A stretch of DNA of 62,981 nucleotides, filler included, from Olpidium bornovanus S191 (GCA_017911155.1; 24 parts of 24 records of this genome joined end to end with filler, not necessarily neighbours in it), one strand, 5' to 3'. Positions 36,283-48,000 are shown, numbered from the whole stretch's first letter. Program-made: numbers and translations. Notes: generated by a model from the letters alone, not told the origin.

Positions 36283-36354
36283 TGGGCAGACCGAGAGTCA
36301 AACTCGGGACCTTCCCTTTCCCGGGGGGACGTCTCCGCTTCCCGCGCTCCGCCC
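36283..36354 (-). pseudogene. tRNA-like sequence (72 nt), probably non-functional
   Basis: Acceptor GGGCGGA/TCTGCCC plus A; anticodon stem 4/5 paired; AGGTC; T arm CCGAG-TTTGACT-CTCGG; CTTTT downstream. D arm and U8 are degenerate. Confidence 0.45.
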
Positions 36355-36539
36355 CTCGCTCTCGCGCACACCGGACGCCAACGAGGTTCACCATTATCGT
36401 TTGCGCCGAAAGGGTGCACAGCGATCGTGCCATCGGGAATGAGGTGGGGGATGTGGTGTGACAGATATCAATATGTCTGGGTCGACGGCCGAGACGTTTT
36501 TTTTTTTCCCTGCGAGCACGATTGTGCCGGTATTGTCAA

Positions 36540-37250
36540 TTCCGAGCGGGGCGGGTCTGATTCGATAAAGCTATGAACTGAGCTCAGCCAACTGATCTCT
36601 TGGGCCGCTGTCGAAACCGCAATGAACTCTGCCTCAGTAGAACTAGACTCCACACAGGTCTGGCGCGTCGAACGCCAGGTGATCAATGCAGACCCAAACA
36701 TGATGGCATATCCTGTGGTTGAAGAGCGTGTTTCGTGACAGCCGGCCGAGGATGAATCAACCCAGCCGTGTAGACCTTTGACAGATCCACCCATATCCCG
36801 CCCCGACTTTTCATTCCATTGAGGTAACACACGACGCTCTTGGCAGCCGCGAGGTGCTTGCCGGCCAGTTTGTGGGCACAACCGAAACTGAAAACTGACT
36901 GCAACGAGATGTCCGGCTTGCTGTGAGTGACGATATTTACCGCCAATAATTTCCGAGTATTTATGTTGAGGTGCCGGCGGAGGCTGGTACTTGTCCATCG
37001 GGGGCGTCGACAGTGCCTGGAGCATATGGGGCTCGAGGAAGTTTTTCCGGATGGATACCCGTCAGCTGATAATTTTGGAGCATCTTGTCGATGAGATGCG
37101 GTTGGAAAATTGTGCAGCCGGAGCAATCGTCTGAAAAATGCATGCCGAGTGCAACCGAAGTGAGCTAGAGTCTGTTACCTTAAACTTTCTTGCGACTTTG
37201 GTTTCGAGCGCGTCAACAATAGCGTCATCGAGGCCGGCAGCAGCAGAATT
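36540..37250 (-). mobile_element. Degenerate copia RT and RNase H remnant
   Basis: VDALETKVARKFKVTD; FQPHLIDKML; GWVDSSSAGCHETRSSTTGYAIMFGSALITWRSTRQTCVESSSTEAEFIAVSTAAQEISWL. Confidence 0.9.
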
Positions 37251-37839
37251 CACGGACAAAAAATTTACGGCAGAATTTGCTGCAGGCTTCGCCGCATTGA
37301 TTTACCGGGGAATTTTAGGGTGAGTTCCGTGGACAGGAATCCAACCACAGGATGCGAGGCAGGATTTGTCGCAAGGGTTTGCCACAGAGCGCTAAGGCAG
37401 GATCCACCACATCGTCGCGGGAACCAACGCAACATTTGACACACGATTTGCCGCAGCATTTTATGGCAGGGGTATCTCTCGCCGCCGAAGTTGTGGCAGA
37501 TACCGCGGGAAAATTGCCGCAGAATTCTAAGTAGAAGATGTTTTGCCAGAACATGCGGCAGAATTTCCGGCAGGACGCGCGGCGACAGATTTCGCAACGG
37601 GGATTCGGGGCAGAGGGTTGTTTGGGATTCGGCTCAGGACTCCACGCGGAACCGAGGGGGCGGCCTTGGCGCCATCCCTGAGGGGACCGAAAGCCCGCCC
37701 GAGGCTGGAGTGAATTTGCGTTTCGTTTTTAGTTGTTTCTTTAGTATCTGAAATTTCTTTATTTGTTTTTTATTTTGTTTTTTATTTTTTTGGGTTATCT
37801 TTTTCTTTTTCTTTTTCTTTTTCTTTTTTTTTTTATATA

Positions 37840-38355
37840 CAGTCGCCCCTCTCATAATTTATAATCCAATACATAATAACCTCTGCTACTTTATACATTT
37901 CGGCTTCCACTGACATCGTTCTATGGCCGATACATTATAATTAATAACTTATAAGAAAATGGGGACTTATAAGATAGTAGAGGGAGCAGTTTGTATGGAT
38001 AATGGAGATCAGCTAGCGAAAATTTAGGAGCGGGAAAGATAGAACACTACTTTCGGATCCAAGAAGCAAGAGTGCGTTGAGTTACGGATTTATGGCGGAG
38101 TTCAAACTGGACGTTATGAAGGACTTTGTGAGCATTGCAATGCTTCTTCTTGAATAGATCAAGAAGAGATGCAGCAACTCCAAGGCTCTGCAGCTTTTCA
38201 GCGTTTGTAATCGTCGTGGCCTGCTCCTCCTCAGCATTGTCTTCCTCTTGATTCTCGCCTTCCTGGACCACAGCCAGGATTTCCTTGTCCGTCAGCTCCA
38301 TGTGGGTGGCTTTTGCCTCCTCAATCGGGTTGAGGAGGTTCTGGATGGACATGGG
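37840..38355 (-). mobile_element. pogo/Tigger-type transposon 3' end, copy B, with transposase C-terminus (38047-38352)
   Basis: TA followed by CAGTCGCCCCTCTCATAA. LTDKEILAVVQEGENQEED...EKLQSL...QRTLASW is a Tigger-like tail. Confidence 0.85.
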
Positions 38356-38455
38356 NNNNNNNNNNNNNNNNNNNNNNNNNNNNNNNNNNNNNNNNNNNNT
38401 TAATTAATTAANNNNNNNNNNNNNNNNNNNNNNNNNNNNNNNNNNNNNNNNNNNN

Positions 38456-40363
38456 CATGTCCCCCTCCTGGGACGTGGCCCGGTGAAGACTCGGGAAGGT
38501 CCGGGTTGACCAGTTGCCCCCGCGACATAGCGAGATACAGTTCGGCACCGATGGAGGTGATCAGATGCTTGCCGACCTGCGGACTCGAAAGGCAGAACCA
38601 GCAGTCGGCCTCCGAGATCGGCGGAGGCGGGCGTGCGCCTGATCCAAAAGCCACGGTTCGACCGGGCTGCGCCTCGCGGCTGGGTCTGGAAGGGCAATCC
38701 TGTATCCAGTGGCCCTTTACGTGGCAATGGTTGCAGGAGTAGCTTTCCGGCGGTGGTCGGCGCGCAGCAGTTTCCGTCTGTCGCGAAGCGTCGACCGGTT
38801 GCGCCTGGGGACACTCCTGTATCCAGTGGCCCTTGACCTTGCACCTGTTGCACGTGTAATGGTCCGGCGGAGGCCTCCGTTTCCCGCCGTCGCCGCGGCC
38901 TTGGTAGAAGAAATTGGCCTCCGCGGGCCTCTTCACTCCGTGTGGACCCAGGGCGGGTAGCGAAATGGGGCAGGACGTCGAGTTGGGCGGGATTACGCCG
39001 AGCACACTCGACGACGCGTGAGCAATAGGAACGATGGACATAGCGTGAAGCCACTGACGATGCGCCGGTCAGCCTCGGGACAAAATACCGCCTCGCCGTC
39101 GCCCGAACCCAGTTTAGCGCAACGACCTACACGCGTTTCAACCGGTAAACTTTGGGAGCCAAGCCCGATGAAGCGGGTAACGTGCAGCGCGACGTCTTTC
39201 TCGCTAAGCCTCCCATCCGCCCCGTCGTTACGGTACGGCTCACGTTCAAAAAACACCGCCGCGTGCGAGACTTCGTCTCCGACAAACGGGCTCGCGGCGT
39301 AGTGGTATCGCGGCTGCAGCACTGCCGCCAGTTCCGCGACGTGTCGAGACCCCGGCGGCACCGCTTTCAAGTTCAAGGCCTTCAGTATCGCTGCAGTTCC
39401 GCCTGCGCCGTTCGTTATCCCCGCCGGCCACTCGTACGTGAGTAGAAAATCGACTCCGGCGAACGACGTCGTCGTGGCTGGCGTTTTCGCCTTTGACAAA
39501 AGCCATTTGACATCCGATTCCCGATAGTGATGCAGATCAACTGTGTTCGCGTCTCCTTCGCCTCCTTCCTCTATTGGCCCAATTTCGCCAGCCTTGAACG
39601 TGCCGCTGAGGAACGCAATCCGTAGTCCTTCCGAAGTCTTCAACAATCCATGGCGGCCTGGCGGGGGGACCGTTCGCGTTCTTAGGTGCGCTCAGCCATA
39701 TCATCGCCGCAGCACTTGTCGCCGACTGTCCGAAAAATACCTAAAAACATGAGATTCGGACAGACTTCTCCGTCGGAACTCTCTGCCGCTTTCCTCACTG
39801 GTTCTGGAAGCGGCTTGGCTCCGCATATGAAGTACGTCGGGCAGGGCACTTTCCGCGACGTCGCAGGGAGACGACAGTGTCGGGAATAAATTGAAAGTGT
39901 AAACGCAGTGTCCGTCTTCCCGCCACCACCCCTCACCCTCCTCATTTCCCCCCGATGAGCATACCGTCTATTTTGCCTGCAAGAAGGTCCTTCACGGCCT
40001 TGTCGTCGCCGGTCAAATCGCCGAACAAGTCGCCGACAGCAAGCACCACATCGAAAGGTCCATGTTTCGTATTGAGGTTCCTGACCTTGTCGAAGCACTC
40101 TCGGAGTTGGCCGTTTAGCGGACCCAGAGCCAGGCTGGGGGTAGGGGAGGCGGACGAGAACGGACAATCCGACGGTCAACATGCGTTCGCACTTCGCCAC
40201 GCCGCGCCGGCGACTGCTCCCCCTGTCCAGCTAACTGCAGAGTGGACGAGAAGCGGCTCGGAAAGCGGTGGTGAGCGGTGGGTTCTCGGGGGGAAAAGGG
40301 CTGGCGGTCGGGGCGCAACGAGACGCACGTCTTCACTGGCTTCGCGTTCTGCTTCAACGTCAT
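38456..40363 (-). CDS. DRN1: CWF19-like 1 / Drn1, multi-exon, partial
   Basis: KTLALGPLNGQLRECFDKV...HGPFDVVLAVGDLF; IAFLSG; VDFLLTYEWP; LQPRYHYAAS; VFFEREPYRN; HVTRFIGL; CWFCLSSPQVGKHLITSIGAELYLAMSRGQL. Confidence 0.93.
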
Positions 40364-40454
40364 TCCGCCAGGAGGGCTTTTCGTTCTGCACGCAGCAGAG
40401 GGGGAGGCGGTGGCGGGCGGGGCGGGGCGGGACTGACTGCCAAACAGCGGCGCG

Positions 40455-40464
40455 GTCACGTGAC
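40455..40464. promoter_or_regulatory. Palindromic E-box GTCACGTGAC
   Basis: About 92 bp upstream of the DRN1 ATG. Function is inferred. Confidence 0.5.
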
Positions 40465-41046
40465 GTTAAGCGCACGCCAAATATCACCTCAGCTCTTGGT
40501 CGCAAAGCGCGATTGCGTGCCCGAAGGTTAGACAGGCCGGTCTCCTCGTTTTGGTAAAAAAAAAAAAAAAAAAAAACAAGAAAAAACGTTATTGTTCTGC
40601 GCAAAATGGACGGCCGCCGGACGACCACGGCGCAGGGCAATGGCCGTCTAAGCCCGTCCTTACTGCAAACCTTCGCGTGACTCAACCCAATGGGCCCGGT
40701 TTTCCACACAGCCGCTGCACGCCACTTGTGCTCGCCAGAGCGCAGGCTCCCCAACGTACGTCACAGGCACACGCAATAACATACACGGCCAGTTCGGCTT
40801 TCTTCTCCCGTTCGGCGGGGGGTGAGGGAGTTTGGAAGTGTGGGGCGTCCACCTGATTCTGGCCGAAATTTTTCCCTGCTGGATATTGTACGTACAAATA
40901 ATTTCTAATGTACGTGACTGGAGGCGTGCTGCTGTTGCTCTGACTCTAGGCGAAATGATCGCAGGGTTTCCAGCCCCCGTGATCTCGGTTGGATCTTCGC
41001 GCCGAAGGGGGCAAAAAAAAAAAAAATTCGGCGAGTTCGGAAATGG

Positions 41047-42834
41047 CTATGACGGCGTTTCGGCGTCTTCATTTCTGTGCAAGACAAAGACTTCTGTCAA
41101 AACCGGGATCTCCCTTGTTTGACCCGAAATGAGGTCGGCCACCTTCAGGCCACTGATGACGTGCAGGCCTGGGAGGAGGGGAAAGAAGACGAGTTTGAAA
41201 TCTACAGCAGCGTTTGGCGCAACTTGGTTGAGCTGGAAGCTGGCCGCCCCGCTGAGAAGAACACTGCCCATCTTCTGCTTGATGGCACTGACGACGAGGT
41301 TGACGGTAGCTGGCGTACGGTTGCACATGCGGCAGTCGACCGAGAATTGGTTCTCCACCAAGATCCGCTTCGGTAACCGCATCACCGTAATCTCCAGATC
41401 ATCCAGCGCAGGCGGCTTGCGGGACAGCGGTGCCGTCTGAAGGCGGCCGTGCTCGCTGTTGCTCGTCCGCCACATGATGTCCAGCTTGCCCACCACCGTC
41501 GTCAACCACGCCGTCATGTCCGCTGGGTTCTTGGGCGCCAGCAGGTAAAGGTACTGCCGCATGTCGCCCGGGGACATGTACTCGTTCGCGAACACTGGCT
41601 GCCGCGTCAAATCTCTGTCCACCGGGGGGGGCTGCTGCGCAACGGCCGGCGTCGCCGAGACCTGTGGTGGCGAATGCCCATCGCCGCCGCCACCGGTCTC
41701 ACCAGCCGCCCGCGCGGCCGCCTGGTCACCGCCCAGCGTCAGCTCTGATATCCCTTGCGTGGCACCGAGCAGATCGTCCGCTGGTGTCAACCCCGCTGGC
41801 CGGCTATGCTGGCCGAACGGATCGAATTTGGGCTCAACAAAGTTAAGGTTCTGGTACTGGAACGGGTCAGTCGGGTAGAAATTCATCCGCCGTATGCTGA
41901 GAGCCGCCCCAGACGTGTTTGACAGCTGTATCTCTAGGAAGACCTTGCCAGCAGTGAAATTGTGGAATTTCGTCTTCACGCCGACGGGACTGCTGGTGAC
42001 GAACTTGGCAAACTTTTCGAACGAGGCCTGCCGGTCGCCACCCAAACCTTCAAACACGTAGCCGACGGTGCAGACAAGTATGTTTGTACCGATCTCCTTG
42101 AACTCGTGGTGGAACGGAATTTCCACCGACTGGCCAAGACCCAGCATCGGCAAGGGCCGGGCAAACGTGTCGACCACCGGGTAGGTGGAGTTGTTGACCT
42201 TGACCTCCGCCTTGAGCGCCACCTGTCTGGCAACCGCCACAATCGGTGTGACGGCGGAGGCAGGCTGCGGCAGGGGCGAGGCGCCGGCAGCCGGGGGGGG
42301 GAAGCCCTCGTTCACGATCACAAACTTGCCCGCAAAGCTCTCGCCCAAGTACACGTTGCACAGGCCCCCCGGCAGGGACAGGATGTCCACCCCGGCACTT
42401 CCCGCGCGCCCAGGCAGGGCGGAATCCGCGGCAGCAGGCTCGGAGGGCTGTCGTTCCGGGGGGGGCACGCCGGTGTTGGACGAGAGCGGGTGCGGCGCGG
42501 CGGCCGCCGCCTGGGACGTGTTCCCCGGCCCGAGCAGGTCCCGCCTGCTTGATTGCGGCGACGGCGCAGCCGGCGATCGGATGACCTTCACGGTCAGCAG
42601 CTGCGAGACGTCGCCGCCCCGGAGATCTGGCAGGACTCCCGGCACTGTCCCGAGACCTGCGGGCGACGACGGCGGTGGCGGTGCGGCGGCGGCCGCCGGG
42701 GACGGTGCGGGCACGGCGCGCGGAGGGCGGCCTCCTCCGGCGGCTCCGCCGCCCGTGGCGGCCGAGTCCGGAGGGGTCGCGGCGTGCCGCGCCATCCTCG
42801 GGACCGCCTGCCTGGCCCTGCTCGGCGCGCTCAT
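41047..42834 (-). CDS. TRAPPC13: TRAPP subunit 13 (DUF974), apparently one exon; start codon uncertain
   Basis: LLTVKVIR; NVYLGESF; HHEFKEIGTNILVCTVGY; VKTKF; VFLEIQL; DMRQYLYLL; GKLDIMWRTSNSEHGRLQT; GLHVISGLKVAD. Confidence 0.93.
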   Translation of the reverse strand: MSAPSRARQAVPRMARHAATPPDSAATGGGAAGGGRPPRAVPAPSPAAAAAPPPPSSPAGLGTVPGVLPDLRGGDVSQLLTVKVIRSPAAPSPQSSRRDLLGPGNTSQAAAAAPHPLSSNTGVPPPERQPSEPAAADSALPGRAGSAGVDILSLPGGLCNVYLGESFAGKFVIVNEGFPPPAAGASPLPQPASAVTPIVAVARQVALKAEVKVNNSTYPVVDTFARPLPMLGLGQSVEIPFHHEFKEIGTNILVCTVGYVFEGLGGDRQASFEKFAKFVTSSPVGVKTKFHNFTAGKVFLEIQLSNTSGAALSIRRMNFYPTDPFQYQNLNFVEPKFDPFGQHSRPAGLTPADDLLGATQGISELTLGGDQAAARAAGETGGGGDGHSPPQVSATPAVAQQPPPVDRDLTRQPVFANEYMSPGDMRQYLYLLAPKNPADMTAWLTTVVGKLDIMWRTSNSEHGRLQTAPLSRKPPALDDLEITVMRLPKRILVENQFSVDCRMCNRTPATVNLVVSAIKQKMGSVLLSGAASFQLNQVAPNAAVDFKLVFFPLLPGLHVISGLKVADLISGQTREIPVLTEVFVLHRNEDAETPS

Positions 42835-43732
42835 CGCTCTCCAGGACGCCGGTCGCCGCTCGTCCGGTTCCTGCGCCGCGCAGGCGTCCGCCGGCCACCC
42901 TGTTGCGTCGCTGGACTTCCCGCCGAGTTTCAGAGAAGGGGGAAGGCGAGAGAAAAAGAGGACGAAAAAAAAAAAAAAAAAATTTCGTTCGCGGGGTAAA
43001 ATCTTCGGTAACAGCCGCGCACGGGAGGCGGGAACCGAGCGCACATGAAGAAGAATGAAAAAACAAAACCGCAAAACGGAAAATAAAAGGGCCGCCAGAT
43101 CTGCCGGCATGAGGATAGGTGTCTTCCGATGCTGTTTGATGCAACAACATCGACGTGCGAGCGTGTGCTGAGGTCAGCTGCCAACGCGACACATCCCCCT
43201 TTCCCCCCCCCCCCCCCCCCTCATTCCCCAAATCACCGAAGACAATGCTTGAACGGGCGATTTATGCGTGATTCGAAATGCCGTTCCACTAGGCGCGGCA
43301 AGCTGAAGGCCTCGGTGGCCCGAAGTTGCGTAGAACCCAGCCATCAAGTACATTCAGCGCCACACGCCAAAAAGCTAGGTCAGAAGACTGACTAGGCCCA
43401 AAAGACCTGGTCTCCTGCGGTTCTCAAAGACTCCACGAACCACCTCGGCCGTTGATTCAGACGTTTGGCTTTGTTTTCTGATAACACCAAAATTAGTCGT
43501 TTTAAAAATCAACTTTTCGCCGTGGGCCTGCGCCACGCGCCACCTTGCCCAGCAGGCGCCGCACAACCGGAGGAACCACAGTTGGTGTGCGCGGCCAAAC
43601 GCTGCTGCATCGCCGCGGGCGTCGCCGGTTGCACGCATTAAAATACATCGCGAAGACCTTTTGTAGTCCAAAGTCCCAGGACCCTGGTGCAACATAAGAA
43701 TAACTGCTGTCTATTTAGGCATGCGAAAGGCA

Positions 43733-43774
<42 letters not shown>

Positions 43775-43974
43775 GGGGAAACAGCCGAACACAGCGTCGG
43801 GGGAAAGTTCGATCAAAATGATTTTTTGAGGGGGGAGGGGGGCGGGAACAGGCACGAAACACCAGAATCCGAAGCGTTAGAGTAGGAATGAAGACAGTAA
43901 ATGAAAGTCGCGGGGCAAGGCTGCGGTAGAGGAGACAGAAAGTCTACTTGTGGGAAGACAACAAGGGCGATTCA

Positions 43975-44484
<510 letters not shown>

Positions 44485-44584
44485 NNNNNNNNNNNNNNNN
44501 NNNNNNNNNNNNNNNNNNNNNNNNNNNNTTAATTAATTAANNNNNNNNNNNNNNNNNNNNNNNNNNNNNNNNNNNNNNNNNNNN

Positions 44585-47500
44585 GCCATGTTATTCTCCG
44601 ACGGCACACGTGAAAGCGTAATCTCCCCCTTTGCAACGGCATTTTGGACGAAATGTGCGCGTACGCCGATGTGTTTCGTGCGCGCCGAAGCATTTGCAAC
44701 GTTGGCCAATGACTCTGCCTCAGTGTTATCGCAGAACAACGGGACCGCTCCGCCGTTCCAGCCGAGTTCACTAAGAAGACGGCGAAGCCAGGTTTCGTCC
44801 CGCGGGGCCTCTGACAGAGCTGTGTACTCGGCCTTGACCGAACTGAGCGACACGCACTTTTGTTGATTGCGCGCCATAGGATTGCGGCCCCGGCGAGCGA
44901 CCAGAGATCTGTCTGACTCTTTCGATCGCCGTGGTCTCCAGCCCAGTCAGAGTTCACATACCCTTCAAAGCAACGTACATCGCCTGTGGTGTAACCGCTG
45001 CGGGAAGCGAGCTTCTCGGAATTTACAGCCTTAGTAGATCTGGAATACCGAAGGCCGTAGTTGATGGTTCCTTTGAGGTATTGGAGAAACTGCCGGAGGT
45101 GCGCCATGTGCACGCCTGATAGATCACTTGAATAGCGTGCAAGACGCGACACCGCGTTCGAGATGTCTGGCCGCGTTGCGTTGGCCAGATAAAGCGGCGT
45201 GCCGACAATCTCTTGAAAGTGTTGCCGGTCAGCTCCTTTCTCTTCTGGTCGGCGTGGCGTCAGATGAACAGTTATCTCCATCGGAATACGCTTTGCCGAG
45301 CAGCGTTCCATCCCAAAGTGAGTGATTGCCTGTTCGACGTAATGCTGCTGATCAAGGGTAATGGCACCTGACGGATCATGCTCCACGCGGATACGTAAAA
45401 AGAACTCCGTCAGACCTCACGTACAGCCGAACTCATTCTCCGGTGCCCTCTGTTCCCGGGCGATCAAAATTGGATTTGCCTCAGTGCAGTTGATGTCATC
45501 GACCCGGAGAACGGAGAAGACATCAGGAAGATTGCCGTCAAAAAAAACTTGGTAATTAGGTCAGTATCGTCCTCAATTGACTTAGGATTGCCTGTAGTAT
45601 TTTGCGTAGTTGACTTGGGCGCTTCTCGCGGTTCGCTGCAGGACGCTCACGATCCCACAATGCGTAGGCGCAGGGATCCGCGGACAAACGGCGAAATCCG
45701 CGGGAGGTAAAGGCATGATCAATCTTGTAGTTCCATCGATCCGCCGATTGCTAAAGGCATTTCAGGTAGAGGCAGACAAGATGTGAAAGTGCAGGATCGA
45801 CGTAGCCTTCGGGCTCAGTGCTGTAGACGGGCTTGTCCATGTCAGAATGGAGGTACACAGCAGGGATATCCGTTTGCGTGAGTTGCCAGTCGAAGAGAGC
45901 AGCGAGAGTGGCGATCAACCGCATGGCCGCGTATGTCGCGACCGGGGCAAAGGTTTCATCGTAATCTTTGCCAGGGCGTTGGGAGAAACCGCAAGCAACG
46001 AGGCGAGCGCGATACTTATCCAAAGTATGATCTGCACAAAGCTTGCGTTTAAACACCCACTTCGTAGTCACAGTTTTCCGCCCAGCAGGGCGAAGAACGA
46101 GGGTGTAGACGTTCATTTTCGTCAAGTTTGCAATTTCGAGATCGGCGGCGGCTTTCTACTGCGCAGCTTCGGCAAAATCCATGGCTTCTTTTCACGTGTG
46201 CGGCTTCGGGGCGCACACCTGGAAAGGTGAGAGTTCCGCGGAGGACGCGAATTGTCCATCGGGGATGACGTTGATGACAAAAAAAGTTAGCCTCAACTTT
46301 GAGCGGTAGGGGCCGGCGGATCCGGGCATAGTATTGTCTGATATTGTCGGCGCAGCTGTCAAGATGCGCAAGTGGTTCACACTGATCGTCGTCCTTTGAG
46401 TAACCCGACCAGCGTATAAGGAACTCACGGCCATCACCGGTCTCCCAGTGCTTGATAATCTTCTCGACGACGTAGGTATTATCGTCCTCGAGGCAGCCTG
46501 CGTCATTGAGCGGAGTTTCCGCCAAGCTGAAGGCCGAAGGAGTGAACATGGTGGACTCGTCGAAGCGTACATCACGGCCTTCGATGGCAACGTTGGTGAT
46601 GGGCTCCCAGAGTCGATGGCCTTTAGAGCGCACGGCGGGACTGAGGTAAACAACTTTGCGCGCCGTGGCAGAGGTTTTATGCGCCCGCTCATCCTTGGTG
46701 AGGTAAACGTACGCGATGCAGCCGGGGACGCGTAGCGAAGAAAAGTCGAACACTTCGGCTGGGACATCACAGGTAAGTGCAAGACTCCGAAGTCGAGCAA
46801 CTTCGATAAATGAGTGATAGGAATGGTTATAAATCTGCATTCAGGTGCGCCAGAACTCCGCCCAGAGGAATGGAGGGACTTGGTTCCCAGCTAAGATTGA
46901 GCAAACCCAGCATTCGATCGTGTAGTGAAGCCGCTCGACGACTCCATTCTGTTGAAGGTGGCAATGGTCACTGTATGGTCGATTCCATGCTGCTTAACGT
47001 TGGCAAAGTACTTTGCTGAGATTCACTCGCCGCCGTGATCGAAGTGGTGTACAAGGATCTTGCGGTTGTAACGGCGTTTAAAGCACGCTCGATATACTTC
47101 AAAGTTGTCGAGCGCCGTGTTGAATCCTTTGGATGGTTGGAAGTAAGTGACAGCGGGTCGTGACGAATGTTCCAGGTAAGAAAAAGTATATTTGTCTCCG
47201 TCGAGAGAGAAAACGAAGCGCCCCGCGATGTCGCTGTTAACGCGCTCGAGGGGAGCGTATTTGCGGGTCGGTGTCAGAAATGGCTCTTTCTTGGCATTCC
47301 GGAGCGCGCATCCCTCACAGAATGCAAGCTCGCCCTTAGGTAAAGCTAACCCAAACTGCTCGGCTGTTTTGCGGAAGTTTGTAAGGCCCATATGGCTAAC
47401 TCTCCTATGCCACATCATCAACAATGAGTTGTCTGCGATGGTTGCGTAGGCGCGCGCTGTGGAATCGATTAGCTCGGCATTCGCATCGATATCGGTGAGA

Positions 47501-48000
47501 CAATTGTTCACCGCGAGCGCCTACAGTAGCGGAAGGGTAGAAGAGCTTGCCGGAGCGGACTCCCGACGCAACAATCGATATCGTTTTTGAATCGATCACA
47601 TGGGCGACGCCGTCAGCACGGAAAAACACATCGTAGCAATGGAGCGTTGCCTGGGGAATACTGAACAGTGGCGTCAACGTCGGAGCGAACAGCGCCTTTG
47701 CCAGGAGCAGCTTCTTCCCATCGGCCGTTGTGAGGGGTACCATACCCTCCGCCGAAGTTTTACTGTCGTTTTACGCGAGGTTGATTCATTTGGTGAGGGC
47801 GAGATCCTCAAGAACTGCACCATATTATTGATAATGTGGTCTGTGCAACCTGAACCCATAATCTTTCCGCGGGGAGCGCCCTCTGCTGCCTTGTAGGCAA
47901 GCGAGGTCACATGCGCTGGTGTGTGCTGCATCGGTTCGGGTGGATCCAAAACAAACACAGCTTTCATGACGCCAGCGAAGGAGTCATCATTATGGGCATT
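44585..48000 (-). mobile_element. Decayed Ty1/copia pol: PR - INT - SH3-like - chromodomain - RT - RNase H
   Basis: KIMGSGCTDH; WHRRVSH..CEGC; PLERVNSDIAG; FDHGGE; LRVPGCIAYV...RDVRFDE; KWVFKRK..YRARLVACGFSQRPGKDYDETFAPV; LRVDD; DWAGDHGDRKSQ; ARTKHIGVRAHFV. Domain order is copia. Many stops and frameshifts. Confidence 0.95.
46328..46474 (-). other. HP1-like chromodomain inside the copia pol
   Basis: YVVEKIIKHWETGDGREFLIRWSGYSKDDDQCEPLAHLDSCADNIRQYY, in the same ORF as the integrase SH3-like segment. Confidence 0.9.

Noticed and set aside
46328-46474. Chromodomain as a separately inserted gypsy fragment
   Set aside because: It is in frame with the copia SH3-like segment, has no GPY/F motif, PPT or LTR, and leads on to the copia RT entry motif. 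Only a family alignment can exclude this fully.
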